The notes below the pieces were generated by a model that worked only from the letters and a program-made list of their open reading frames with translations, was not told the DNA's origin and ran no database searches. A DNA stretch of 64,000 bases. Origin: Macrostomum hystrix. Its lineage: Eukaryota; Animalia; Platyhelminthes. The translations under genes and the position numbers were made by a program. The stretch lies in contig CATNEN010000009.1 of NCBI GenBank assembly GCA_950097015.1, positions 1,364,001-1,428,000 on the forward strand, in the 5' to 3' direction. Of this stretch, positions 22,200 to 31,992 are shown in pieces (within the stretch, counting starts at the first letter, position 1; every line of letters starts with the position of its first letter).

Positions 22200-23925
22200 G
22201 CCCAATTTTTTCCTTAAACATAGTTGACTTAATTATCATGCTTTGATTTTTATGCCATCAACATCCTAATAATTTTTTCTGTATTTTTTGTTCCAGTTCT
22301 ATTCGCTTTTTCATTTATTTGCTCACATTTTTTCTGGGGTCGTTACTTCCCACAATGACAGCGCAACCAAGACCGAATTTAGGGGGCGCCGCCCCGAAAT
22401 GCTAACCAAACCACTGTCCTTGTTACATAAGGGCCCTCATACTTGTCGCCCCTAATAATATTTGAGAGCCTTATACTTAACGCCCCCTTTTTGCGGCACA
22501 ACGACGCCCATTAGTTTGCCATCTTTTGTATTACTTGATGTAGGTCTTTTATGTGTTATGTGTCGAGAAAATAAGAATAAAAAACTGAGCTTATGTATTG
22601 TTGTATGTATTAAATGTATAGTTGGCCAGGAGGAACGAGGAGATAAGAGGTGGCTGGCCCCGCAGCCAATCAGAAAAATAAGAGAGAATGCGAGGAGACA
22701 GCCATATGGAGAAGTAAGCTGACAGAGGGACAAGAGTGCAGGTAAACTCAACAAAGATGAGAGGCGGTGAATTCAAGGAAAGATTGATAGTCGCAACACC
22801 CAAAAAATGGAGACATTTTTACATTCGAGTAAAACTGGGAAGTAGATTCGAGTGGCGGTGGGTTGAGGAAACTTACACTGTTTCTATTAGAAGTATTTTT
22901 TTATTACCGTATCTATTTAAATAGCTAAATATATTGCAATGTTTAAAGTAATTGTCACACTTTATTGGACAACTTAGTGGAATTACACATTTGAAAATAT
23001 TTATTTGGTCAGTTTAATTGCATGATTTTGGTTCACTGTCTTATTCTTGCTCCAATTAATACTTTTGTTGCATTGGCAACGGTGCGTTATGAAAAATATA
23101 TAGTATAAAATCAGCACGGAAAAAACCGTTAGGTTATAGTCAGTTATTGTGGAATAAAGTAACGTTAAAATTCTAACGGAAAACCAACATTAGTCTAACG
23201 ACCGAACTAACGGAAAGACTAACGTTAAAGTCTAACGTAAACCTAACGGAAATTCGTTCGTCCTGTAACGTTTTTCTAACGTGCTTCTAACGTCAGACCT
23301 TGGACTAGGGTAGCAATGGACGGTGACAATGAGAACTGAGAACTGACAATGAGTTATTTATCTAAATAAAATGTTGACTAAAAATAAATTGTTCAAGTGT
23401 TTTGCAAAGACAATACACAACTTCTTATCCTATTTATTTCATCATTAGAATAATATGAACTGACTGCTGGTTATGTGGTGTACATTGGCGTTGAGACTTA
23501 CTAGAAGACCGACGTAATAGTAATCGATCAGTCTGATATATAATATCAAGTTAAGTAGTTAAGTTTATACAAGTTTGTTCAGTAGAAAATAAAATAAGAA
23601 TAATGATGGATAACTTAAAAACAGTAAAGTAAAGTAATTCGTTTATTATATGAAATTGTAGGCGTGCGATAATATTATTATTATTATTATTAAAACGCGC
23701 ACGCCATCTATGGGTGCTGATTTTTTTATATATATATTTTTTAACAACACATTTAAATGAACAACGAAAAGCAACATAAAAAGCGAAGTTAAGTAGGAAT
23801 CAAATATCGAGCTGGGAAGGGAAAGCAAAGGTATTAAAAATAAGAGCAGTAAAAACACAAGGGACGCCAGGGATAAAACAAATTATGAAATATCTATTGT
23901 TGAATGCTAGTAAAATCTCGTAGTC

Positions 23926-26900
23926 TCAGGGCAGCTGTTCCCTTATTTTAGATATTTCTATGATGTATTTTGCTAAAGCTTCAGCGGTTTCCCTATCGTC
24001 TTGAGCCATTATGTAGTTAGATTTTTCTTCTGCTGTTAAGGATATGAAATTGGGGGTTTTCCCAGAAACTTCCGTCTCAAATTTCGAACGTACTGCGCTA
24101 TACTTATTCCAAGTGCACTTAAAAAGGAAGTGGACCTCGTTTTCAACTTCTGTTTTGCACTTACTACATAATCTATTTGCATACGGAATTTTCGGTCTCG
24201 CAGTTCGCAATGTTTCGCAAGCTAGCTTATGGTTTCCTAGTCTAAACGAGGCTATGGTACGTCTCCACTCCGGGTTGTATATTTGTTGTAAATATTTTTC
24301 GGCTGAATAATATTGCTTGAAGGAGTAATAGAAGTGACTTAGCTTGCTTGAGTTCTGTGTCCTTTGTCTCCAATGGGTATCGAACTGAGAAACGAAATTT
24401 TTCCTGTGGTTTCCAATTGCTTTTGCAGGACTAATGCCTCTGCAGTTCAGCATAACCTCATTGTTGGTCTTTGCTTTGATTCCAACATCACTGTATGTTT
24501 GGTCCGCCAATAACTTGGAAATTATGGAGTCCGGCCGGCTTGTTATGGAGGCCCAGTACGAAATGCTTCTTTTCTGGATGTTGTATAATAAAGGCAATCT
24601 GCCTAACTCCGAGCGGGCCCCGTTGCCATCCGTATTTTGGCTGACTTGTAGTATGGCTTTACAGCACCTGATGTTTACTCTTTCAAAAAGACAGCGGTCC
24701 CAAGGACCCAGGTTCCACGAGACAAAAGCCCCCCAGGCCTCAGAGGCGTACAGAGCTATGCTTTCTATCATTGCTGTGCAGTACAGCATGAGCTGATTGT
24801 ATCTGACCGCCCCATGGCTGGCTAATTTCCTTAAGAGAAGAATAGGATATCCACATTTTTTGTTAATCTCTGTGGCATGGGAATCCACGGTTCCTTTAGC
24901 ATTGATGTGAAAGCCAAGATATTTCCATTCTTTGACGCTATCTAACAGTTGTCCCTGCAGAAATAGTTTGTTAGCCGTCTTTGATGGGTCAGGGCAACAG
25001 CTAATAACCTTAGTTTTTTGCATATTGATTTCTAGCTTGTGGCTCTGACAAAATTCTGACACTTTATCGAGGCCCTTCTGCAACTCTCGAGGATTCTCTC
25101 CAAAGATCACAAGATCATCGCAGTATAGCAAGTTGTTGATTTGTTCATCTTTAATGAAGGTGTCGCTGCGAAATGAATCCCTTAGCATTGTGCTCAAAGG
25201 ATCTATATAGAGTGAGAAGAGTAGAGGGGATAGGGGACAGCCTTGTCTTACTCCATTTGTTATGCTCCTTGCCTTAGTTGCTTGGCCATCTGAGATCTTC
25301 AGTTGGAATTTAGCTCCTGAGTACATGCTTTGTATTGCTTCGATTATTTCTGGGCTGACCTTTAACTCCCTAAGTCGTTGGAAAAGTGTTGGATGGTGGA
25401 CCATGTCAAATGCGCTTTTTAAGTCAAAGAACACTAAGTGAAATGGTCTTTTGCGACGCTTTTTGTTGTGGATCAACGTCAAGAGAGTGGCAATGTGGTC
25501 TGAAGTTCGGTAGCCCTTTCTATTTCCTATTTGACTGGCTGAAAGCAAGTCGAGGGTGCGAATATGAGTTTCTAGCTTTTCATAGATAAGTGAGGCAAAC
25601 AGGCGAGCCAGGGCAGGCAGCACGCTTATGGGTCTGTAGTTTTTGGGGTCACTACGGGAACCCTTTTTATAAATCGGTGTGATTAGGGCATTTGACCACT
25701 GTGCAGGAGTCTGGCCGAGTCTTACGCTTGCGTTAAAAAGCTTCAGAAGTACGGGTTTTAGCTTCTCTTGTCCGTAGATAATGTGCTCATTTGTTATACC
25801 ATCTATTCCTGCAGCCTTTCTTCTCTTTAGCTTTTTAACTGCTCTATCGAGATCTACGCAGCTAATTAAATCTTCGGGACTAACTGCTTCATCTGTGCGA
25901 TGCGGCTGGGTTCCCGAAGAAGGATGTGCGTTAAACACTTTGGTTAGGTTGTCCGCGATGTCAGCGATTGGGGCTTGAGATCTGTTAAGTCTCCTGCTGG
26001 GGAACAGCAACTCTTCTGCTCTTCTAAGACCGGACCAGAATCCCTTTGAGGTTCCGTTAGCCGCCATTTTCTGAATGCAGTCATTTATGTCCATCTGCTT
26101 AAGTTTCTTGAGCTGTTGTTTGTATTTTTTCGCTAGCCCATTATATTCTGATGCCAGCGCGCTGTCAGTTGGTCTACGTCTTTTTTTCCTGGCCACGTAC
26201 TTTAATGATTTGCTCAAGTTTCTTAGTGTCTCGTCTCGATTTGTCCAGAACTTGTTCGGAATGATTGTCTTTGCGCAGCTTTCTGCCACTGAGTCTCTAA
26301 GCAGGTTGGTCAAGCTCGAGAACAAATTTTCCAGGGATTTTCCATCGTGTGCGTCGATAGATTGCAACTTTCTAATTATTTCTTCGCTTTGTTTGTTATT
26401 CAATGCCTCAATGTAACTTCCCTGCGTTTCAGTGTCCCATCTTGGAGGCATTGGGAAGGATTCATGTTTTTCCTGGTTTGCGTGTTCGGGTTGGACATGA
26501 TCAGGAAAAATCAGAGTGACTGTTAGCGGGCAATGTCTGGACAGAAAGCTTTGAGGATGAATAAAGAAGTCTTTTATAATATCCACTTTATCCATGGATG
26601 CAATAGCGTAGTCTATGGTACTTCGGCCTAGTGTGCTACTAAAAGTGTAATTTCCCATAATGTCACCCTGAGTCATTCCGTTCAGAATCGTGCTCTTGGT
26701 CTCAGAGCACATTTCCATCAGTCTTAGTCCATGCTTGTTTTTCTCACAGTCCTGATTCTGTCTGGGAAACTTATCCCTAGTGCTGGACTGTAATGTGCCA
26801 GTTCGTGCATTGAAGTCACCTACTGTTAATACGGAGCCCTCTCTTGAGAAGAGCTGGATGAGATATTTAATCTCCTCCCATATATCTTCTTTGTAGTATT

Positions 26901-27360
26901 TAGAATTTTCCGGTGGGATATAACACCCTAAGATATACAGGGGTTCTTCAGACTGCTTTTGCTTTATTTTTAGTACCAGAGCGAAGTCAGATTTGTGCAC
27001 TAATGTGGTTCTCTTTGCAATATTATTTTTAACGAGGAAAACCATGCCATTTGATAATCTACCTTTGTTGATTCCCCTTGCCTTGATTCCATCTGCTCCA
27101 AAGCAGGTGAAATCTATCAGCGTGTTTGAGTCTAGCTGCTCCTGTTTGGCGTGGGTCTCACAGAGGAAAACTATGTCTCTATTCCTAATATGTTCGTGGA
27201 AACATGGTGATTCCATTTTGCATTCTCCACTGAGCATCAGTCCATCTATGTTCCAACTGGTGATAATCAACTCTGATTTATTATAAGTAACCTTCTTTTC
27301 GCAGCTGCCCTGTGTTTCAGTGACTATTCGGGAGTTAAAATTTAGCGTAGAAGTTAACAT
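23926..27360 (-). CDS. LINE ORF2: APE endonuclease + reverse transcriptase + C-terminal CCHC, 1144 aa
   Basis: SWNIDG, LCETH, GDFNAR, TIDY, SRH (SDH variant); KAAGIDG, PIYKKG..NYRPIS, FFDLKSAFD, GVRQGCPLSPLLFSLY, LLYCDD, KYLG; FRLGNHKL..LCSKC..ENEVHFLFKC. Confidence 0.95.
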   Translation of the reverse strand: MLTSTLNFNSRIVTETQGSCEKKVTYNKSELIITSWNIDGLMLSGECKMESPCFHEHIRNRDIVFLCETHAKQEQLDSNTLIDFTCFGADGIKARGINKGRLSNGMVFLVKNNIAKRTTLVHKSDFALVLKIKQKQSEEPLYILGCYIPPENSKYYKEDIWEEIKYLIQLFSREGSVLTVGDFNARTGTLQSSTRDKFPRQNQDCEKNKHGLRLMEMCSETKSTILNGMTQGDIMGNYTFSSTLGRSTIDYAIASMDKVDIIKDFFIHPQSFLSRHCPLTVTLIFPDHVQPEHANQEKHESFPMPPRWDTETQGSYIEALNNKQSEEIIRKLQSIDAHDGKSLENLFSSLTNLLRDSVAESCAKTIIPNKFWTNRDETLRNLSKSLKYVARKKRRRPTDSALASEYNGLAKKYKQQLKKLKQMDINDCIQKMAANGTSKGFWSGLRRAEELLFPSRRLNRSQAPIADIADNLTKVFNAHPSSGTQPHRTDEAVSPEDLISCVDLDRAVKKLKRRKAAGIDGITNEHIIYGQEKLKPVLLKLFNASVRLGQTPAQWSNALITPIYKKGSRSDPKNYRPISVLPALARLFASLIYEKLETHIRTLDLLSASQIGNRKGYRTSDHIATLLTLIHNKKRRKRPFHLVFFDLKSAFDMVHHPTLFQRLRELKVSPEIIEAIQSMYSGAKFQLKISDGQATKARSITNGVRQGCPLSPLLFSLYIDPLSTMLRDSFRSDTFIKDEQINNLLYCDDLVIFGENPRELQKGLDKVSEFCQSHKLEINMQKTKVISCCPDPSKTANKLFLQGQLLDSVKEWKYLGFHINAKGTVDSHATEINKKCGYPILLLRKLASHGAVRYNQLMLYCTAMIESIALYASEAWGAFVSWNLGPWDRCLFERVNIRCCKAILQVSQNTDGNGARSELGRLPLLYNIQKRSISYWASITSRPDSIISKLLADQTYSDVGIKAKTNNEVMLNCRGISPAKAIGNHRKNFVSQFDTHWRQRTQNSSKLSHFYYSFKQYYSAEKYLQQIYNPEWRRTIASFRLGNHKLACETLRTARPKIPYANRLCSKCKTEVENEVHFLFKCTWNKYSAVRSKFETEVSGKTPNFISLTAEEKSNYIMAQDDRETAEALAKYIIEISKIREQLP

Positions 27361-27568
27361 ACTCGTAGAAAGAGGGAGTAGTAGTCCTTAGAGTCAGTCA
27401 CGACGGGTTCAAAACCTTCAAAACCTGTTGCGCGGTATGGGAATTGACGGTATCAAAAATAGAAAGTTATTAGGCAAAGGAGTTAGAGGACCCGAGTTGA
27501 GCAGCTAAATGACTCCTCCACCCCCCCGGCGATTGAAGTTGTTGCCGGACAGGCTTGGACAGGCGGTC

Positions 27569-30091
27569 CTAGTCGACGCAACGAAACTGGCGGTCGTCGA
27601 GGCGCCTGACACCAACTTGTTGGTATCTGTTGCGGTACCCAAAGCTACTTCTGCGGTAGTTGCTGGGCTCGATATTGGCGCGATAGCCACTTATAAAGTT
27701 TTTGCGGTCTCTTTTGTTGTAGTCGTACTCGTTGCTGATTCGATAGCGGCTAGCACGACTTCTGTCAAAATAGCCGTTGGTGCTGATGCGGTGGTCTATT
27801 TCGCTACGGATGTAATTGGCATCTCGAACTGGGTAGCTGCTATGCGCTCGATAGTTCCTGTAGCCAGTTGCACCGCCGCCTCGTGACTCTCTGTAGCTGT
27901 GTTGATGCCGGTGATGCACTGTTTGCTGGCGCTGGTTCTCTGTGTTAGCCGGATGCGGCCGTACTTTCAGGTTTAGATTTCGAATGCATTTGGACATTAA
28001 CGCAAACAAAAAGTCCGCTCCGCTGCTGTTGAGTTCACCGTCGTAGAAGTGGATTTCATGAAAGTTAAATGTTAAAAGCTGATGTTTAACACCATACTCA
28101 CACAGTTCTTTCTCGAAGAGTTGTTCTGTTCGTGTCGAACTGTCTGGGATGATGAGTAGGTGCAGGCAATTCGCACCGTGTTGCCTTTGCCCAGCGTCAA
28201 TTGCAGTGACAGCTTTATATGCCACCTCCATTGATGGCTCATGGTTTAAGTCAATTACCAGACATTCTTGCGCACTGAAGTTTGGCTCTTGCAGTAATTC
28301 AATGAGCCTTTCTTGAGTGTTGTAGTAGACAACTCGAATTGTACTATTCGGGAAGAGTCTGCGATAGTCAAGGGCTTTCCCTAGCTTTGAGCTGACAACG
28401 ACTATATCATGCTTTTTCAGGCCTTCTTTAACTTTCTGTTTGGTACAACTGTTGCTTTCTGCCTCAGCTGGTTCCGAGTCCCTTGCTACAGCTCCTGATG
28501 CGTTCTCTGCATTTTTACTGGCACTGACTGCCATCGTTACATTTTTTGAAGATGCTGTTGGGTTCACTGAGCGCGAGGCCTTCTCAGCATATGTTTCCCG
28601 TCCTGCTCTTTCATTCTGCGTCTTAGTGAACGCCAGCGCTTGCAGACTGACCAGTTCACCGACCTTCTGCTCGAGGCTGTGGCTGATTTGTTGGCTTTTT
28701 ATTACTTCTGCCTTCACTGCTCTTTCTTCGCTAATGATAGCATCCTTAGTTGAGCTACTTGTTTGCTTTAGATGGTTCACAACGTCGGATTTTGTGATGT
28801 TTAGCGCTTTCAGTAGTTCCGTTTGACTTTCTTTGGCTTTTGCCTCTAACTGATGCATTAGACCGGTGGTCAAGGATTGAAGCGCATTGCGAGTCTTTTG
28901 AATGTACTCATCAATTGACAAGCTACTTTTCAGTTGTTTTACTTCACTGAGAACCGCTGCGACTCCTTCCTCGAGAGATTTCAAACGTTTCCAGTCTGTA
29001 TCCATCAGTAGGTTGTTCTCTGTGTTAGTTGCTGCATCTACTGGAATCAACTCTGTCTGTACGGCTTTATCGCTTTTGTCAGCTCCCTTCATGGGTGATC
29101 TCCTTTTTCGGAACTTTTTGGTCTTCGGGACCTTAAAGCTCGCATCTTCTAACACGGTCGTCTCTTCGGCGGACGCAGCTGATTCTTTGTCAGCCAGCTT
29201 TTGCTTCCGCTTCCCGAGTCGCGTCTTGGCTTCTTGAAGAGGCTGACTGAGGAATGAGATGTCAAAGTGGGCATCAGCTGCATCAGTCGATTCAGATTTT
29301 TTCCTTTCATCGATTATCTGCTCAGGCGTCTTTACTGCAATGTCCATACTCGTTTCTGAGGGCGTCGGCTCGTTGCGGCTTGGTACATCGTTTAATTCAG
29401 GCACAATGTGGCGAAATGTCACGTTGATGCGTGGTGCGCTTTCCCTCGTCTTTAGGACTCCATGTTTGAACTTGGTCTGACAGTCCCCTTGCATCACCAG
29501 CATGCTGCCTGGTGACATTATTAATGAGTAATGCCGTTTTTCGTCCGTGTTCTCAACAGTCAGGCATCTCTCAGCTCCAAGAGACAGGCTGGCAATGACT
29601 GGGTTGATGCCGAGACACTTCTCATTATCCTGATGCAGCTGGATTGAGTCTTGTCCATCTCGATATAGATTTAGGAGGACACTGTTGAAGTCAACATTAA
29701 ATTCTTTTGACAAGCACTGTTTAATCTGGAGCAGCTCCTCAGGCCAGTTGTTGTTCTCTTTCCATTCTACTCCACAGTAGGAGTATGGCTTTCCATAAGC
29801 AAATGTCCTGCGAGGTTCATTGTGCTCTATTCCTCTTATAACGCATCGTCGCGACTCCCAAGGAGTGGTTTGCAATAGTTTGTCAAATAGTACAGTGTGA
29901 TTTGAATCGAGGTAATCACGGCAGTAGATAAACGGCTGGCCATCCACTTTAGCGCACTCGTCCTCTGTAACTTGGACTGCTATCCATTTGTGCTTTCTCT
30001 CGACTAAATGAGGCTCTCCACTGTGTTGCCTTGTCGCCATGCTCTCGCTCAGCGCGGTGGGGGTGGAGTCGTCAGTAACTGTCAAGCTCAT
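27569..30091 (-). CDS. LINE ORF1, 840 aa: AlkB-family 2OG-Fe(II) dioxygenase + coiled coil + degenerate SGNH-esterase-like domain
   Basis: EPRRTFAYG..YSY, FNSVLLNLYRDGQDSIQLHQDNE (HxD), IASLSLGAER, GSMLVMQG..FKHGV (H), RINVTFR (RxxxxxR). C-terminal IVVVSS...FYDGELNSSGADFL resembles SGNH blocks I/V without the catalytic His. Confidence 0.85.
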   Translation of the reverse strand: MSLTVTDDSTPTALSESMATRQHSGEPHLVERKHKWIAVQVTEDECAKVDGQPFIYCRDYLDSNHTVLFDKLLQTTPWESRRCVIRGIEHNEPRRTFAYGKPYSYCGVEWKENNNWPEELLQIKQCLSKEFNVDFNSVLLNLYRDGQDSIQLHQDNEKCLGINPVIASLSLGAERCLTVENTDEKRHYSLIMSPGSMLVMQGDCQTKFKHGVLKTRESAPRINVTFRHIVPELNDVPSRNEPTPSETSMDIAVKTPEQIIDERKKSESTDAADAHFDISFLSQPLQEAKTRLGKRKQKLADKESAASAEETTVLEDASFKVPKTKKFRKRRSPMKGADKSDKAVQTELIPVDAATNTENNLLMDTDWKRLKSLEEGVAAVLSEVKQLKSSLSIDEYIQKTRNALQSLTTGLMHQLEAKAKESQTELLKALNITKSDVVNHLKQTSSSTKDAIISEERAVKAEVIKSQQISHSLEQKVGELVSLQALAFTKTQNERAGRETYAEKASRSVNPTASSKNVTMAVSASKNAENASGAVARDSEPAEAESNSCTKQKVKEGLKKHDIVVVSSKLGKALDYRRLFPNSTIRVVYYNTQERLIELLQEPNFSAQECLVIDLNHEPSMEVAYKAVTAIDAGQRQHGANCLHLLIIPDSSTRTEQLFEKELCEYGVKHQLLTFNFHEIHFYDGELNSSGADFLFALMSKCIRNLNLKVRPHPANTENQRQQTVHHRHQHSYRESRGGGATGYRNYRAHSSYPVRDANYIRSEIDHRISTNGYFDRSRASRYRISNEYDYNKRDRKNFISGYRANIEPSNYRRSSFGYRNRYQQVGVRRLDDRQFRCVD

Positions 30092-31992
30092 TGGGTCAGA
30101 GATTTTACAAATAGACGTACAAGAACATTGTTAAGATATTTTATTAGAGCTATAGTTACTGGCTAGCGATAGAAAAACTGGTTTCCTAGAAGCCCCAATT
30201 GATTGTACACCAAAGGATAGGAACGGGAGAGAGAAATGATATCAGTGTACAAAACAAGGTGTACAATGAAGGCTCTCTACGCGCGCTTGAAAAACAGATG
30301 CTTATAAAAAAATTTTTTATCAAGGTGTTTCTAAAGAAGTTCTTACCAATGCTTCAAGAAAAATGCACAGAAAGGAAAAATTAATTACTACACAAAATGG
30401 AGTGTTGGATAATTCTTACAATTGAAACAAAAAAAATGTTTGGTATTTCAATAACTGGCTGTGTAATTCGAAATTCAGTGACTTTTTAACAGACAAATAT
30501 TTTTTCGTAGAGAGCCTAAAACACTGTAATATTTCAATGCAGGCAATCAGACGCTTTTTAAAGGAAAAGAAAGCAAATTGACAATGTTTTTACTTAAAAT
30601 TTTAGCTGATTAACCTCGGTTGGAAGCTCTATCGATAGTGATGTGTCGCTTTGCAAACGGATGCGTATTCGCGGAGTTGTCGATGATGGCTCAGATGGCT
30701 CAGATGGCTCAGATAAACAACACTTGAGAGGCGTACATTAAACGTAATGTAAACATATCGTGGTAAAATATATAATATCGAGTATATATTTTATCGGGCT
30801 TGATTAAACCACGAAGCTTAAAAGTTGAAATCTAAAAAAACTATATATAACTATTATATAACGATAATATAACTATTATCGTACATTATTCAGCCACATA
30901 AGTTAGTTAGATGAGTTAGATAAGTTTGAAAAAGTAAAGTACAAACGACGAATAAATTATTATACACTTTCGTATCGCTATAAGATATTACAAGATGCAC
31001 TATTAAAACGTGCAGACTATAGGTATGTAGTGCATAAAATCGTGCGTATTTTAACATAGACATATCTGCTTGGTACAGCTAGATTTTTTCGCGATTTTTA
31101 TCTTAGTATCCACATTTTTTCTTTCGAAAATACAGTCAGACGTTTTTGGCCATAGACACAAAAAACAGCTGCATATAATTCATATTGCATGCAGTATTTT
31201 TGCAAAAGTTCTTTAAGTAGCGTGGCTATATCTATAGCCAGTACCAAATTTTTTTTCGCGAAAGTACATACGTATACTTAAGTCAATGATCGTTGACTAC
31301 TTGAGATTTGTGTATATTGTGGTAGTGGTAAAAAGGTAAGAAGGCTCTTGTGGAAGACAGCATCGTTAGCCATCGTTACCCTCGGGCCGCATGTTTGCCA
31401 GATTTCAGCTTTTTTCTGAAAGCTCAGCTGGCAAACGTGCGGGCCGAGGGCAATGTGAGCATTAGCCAGCACTGCTTTGCACCCGGTCATCCGTTTTAAA
31501 ATATAAATAAATAAAATATAAAAATAATTTAGTGTTTGTTATATGTTTAATCGTTAATAGTACACAACTTCTTATCTTGGTTATTTATTTTATCATTAAA
31601 ATAATATGAACTGACTGGTGGTTATGTCGTGGACATTGGCGTTGAGACTTACTTATACAATACCAACGTAATCGTAATCGATCAGTCTGATATATTATGT
31701 TGTATATATATTGCGCAAAACCTGAGAACAATAAAGTGGACTTTAACTAAAATAGGTGTAATAAGAATAGACAGTAGCGGAATCGAATCGCTATGAATCA
31801 ATATGTACAAGCGTAAAAGTTTATATTATATTTTTATATCAACATATAATAAATCAATGAGAATGAAATTCAGTCTGCATTTAATATAGTGAGTCGATTA
31901 TTCAGCCAGCCAGCCAGTCAGACAGATGGGCAGACAGACAGACAATGCAGCCCAATCTGAGTTGCACGCAGAGCCAATTGAATTGAATGAAA

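Larger units (their letters stand above)
17877..23310 (+). mobile_element. Full-length EnSpm/CACTA-like (CMC superfamily) DNA transposon, 5434 bp
   Basis: 10-bp perfect TIR CCCTAGTCCA / TGGACTAGGG; TA at 17875-76 and 23311-12 (2-bp TSD); dense subterminal CTAACG/CGTTAG repeats at 17890-17950 and 23145-23295; host-module homology resumes after 23311. Confidence 0.9.
23672..30715 (-). mobile_element. Non-LTR retrotransposon (RTE-X/L2-like), apparently full length
   Basis: ORF1 + ORF2 in tandem on the minus strand; (TAA)n tail at ~23672-23692. The 5' end is approximate (near three GATGGCTCA repeats at ~30685-30713) and no TSD was identified. Confidence 0.85.

Noticed and set aside
27509-29480. 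Plus-strand ORFs opposite LINE ORF1 (and those opposite ORF2)
   Set aside because: Antisense shadows with no domain features.
23640-30760. Target-site duplication for the LINE (AGGCGT near both ends)
   Set aside because: Match too short and not directly adjacent to a definable 5' end.
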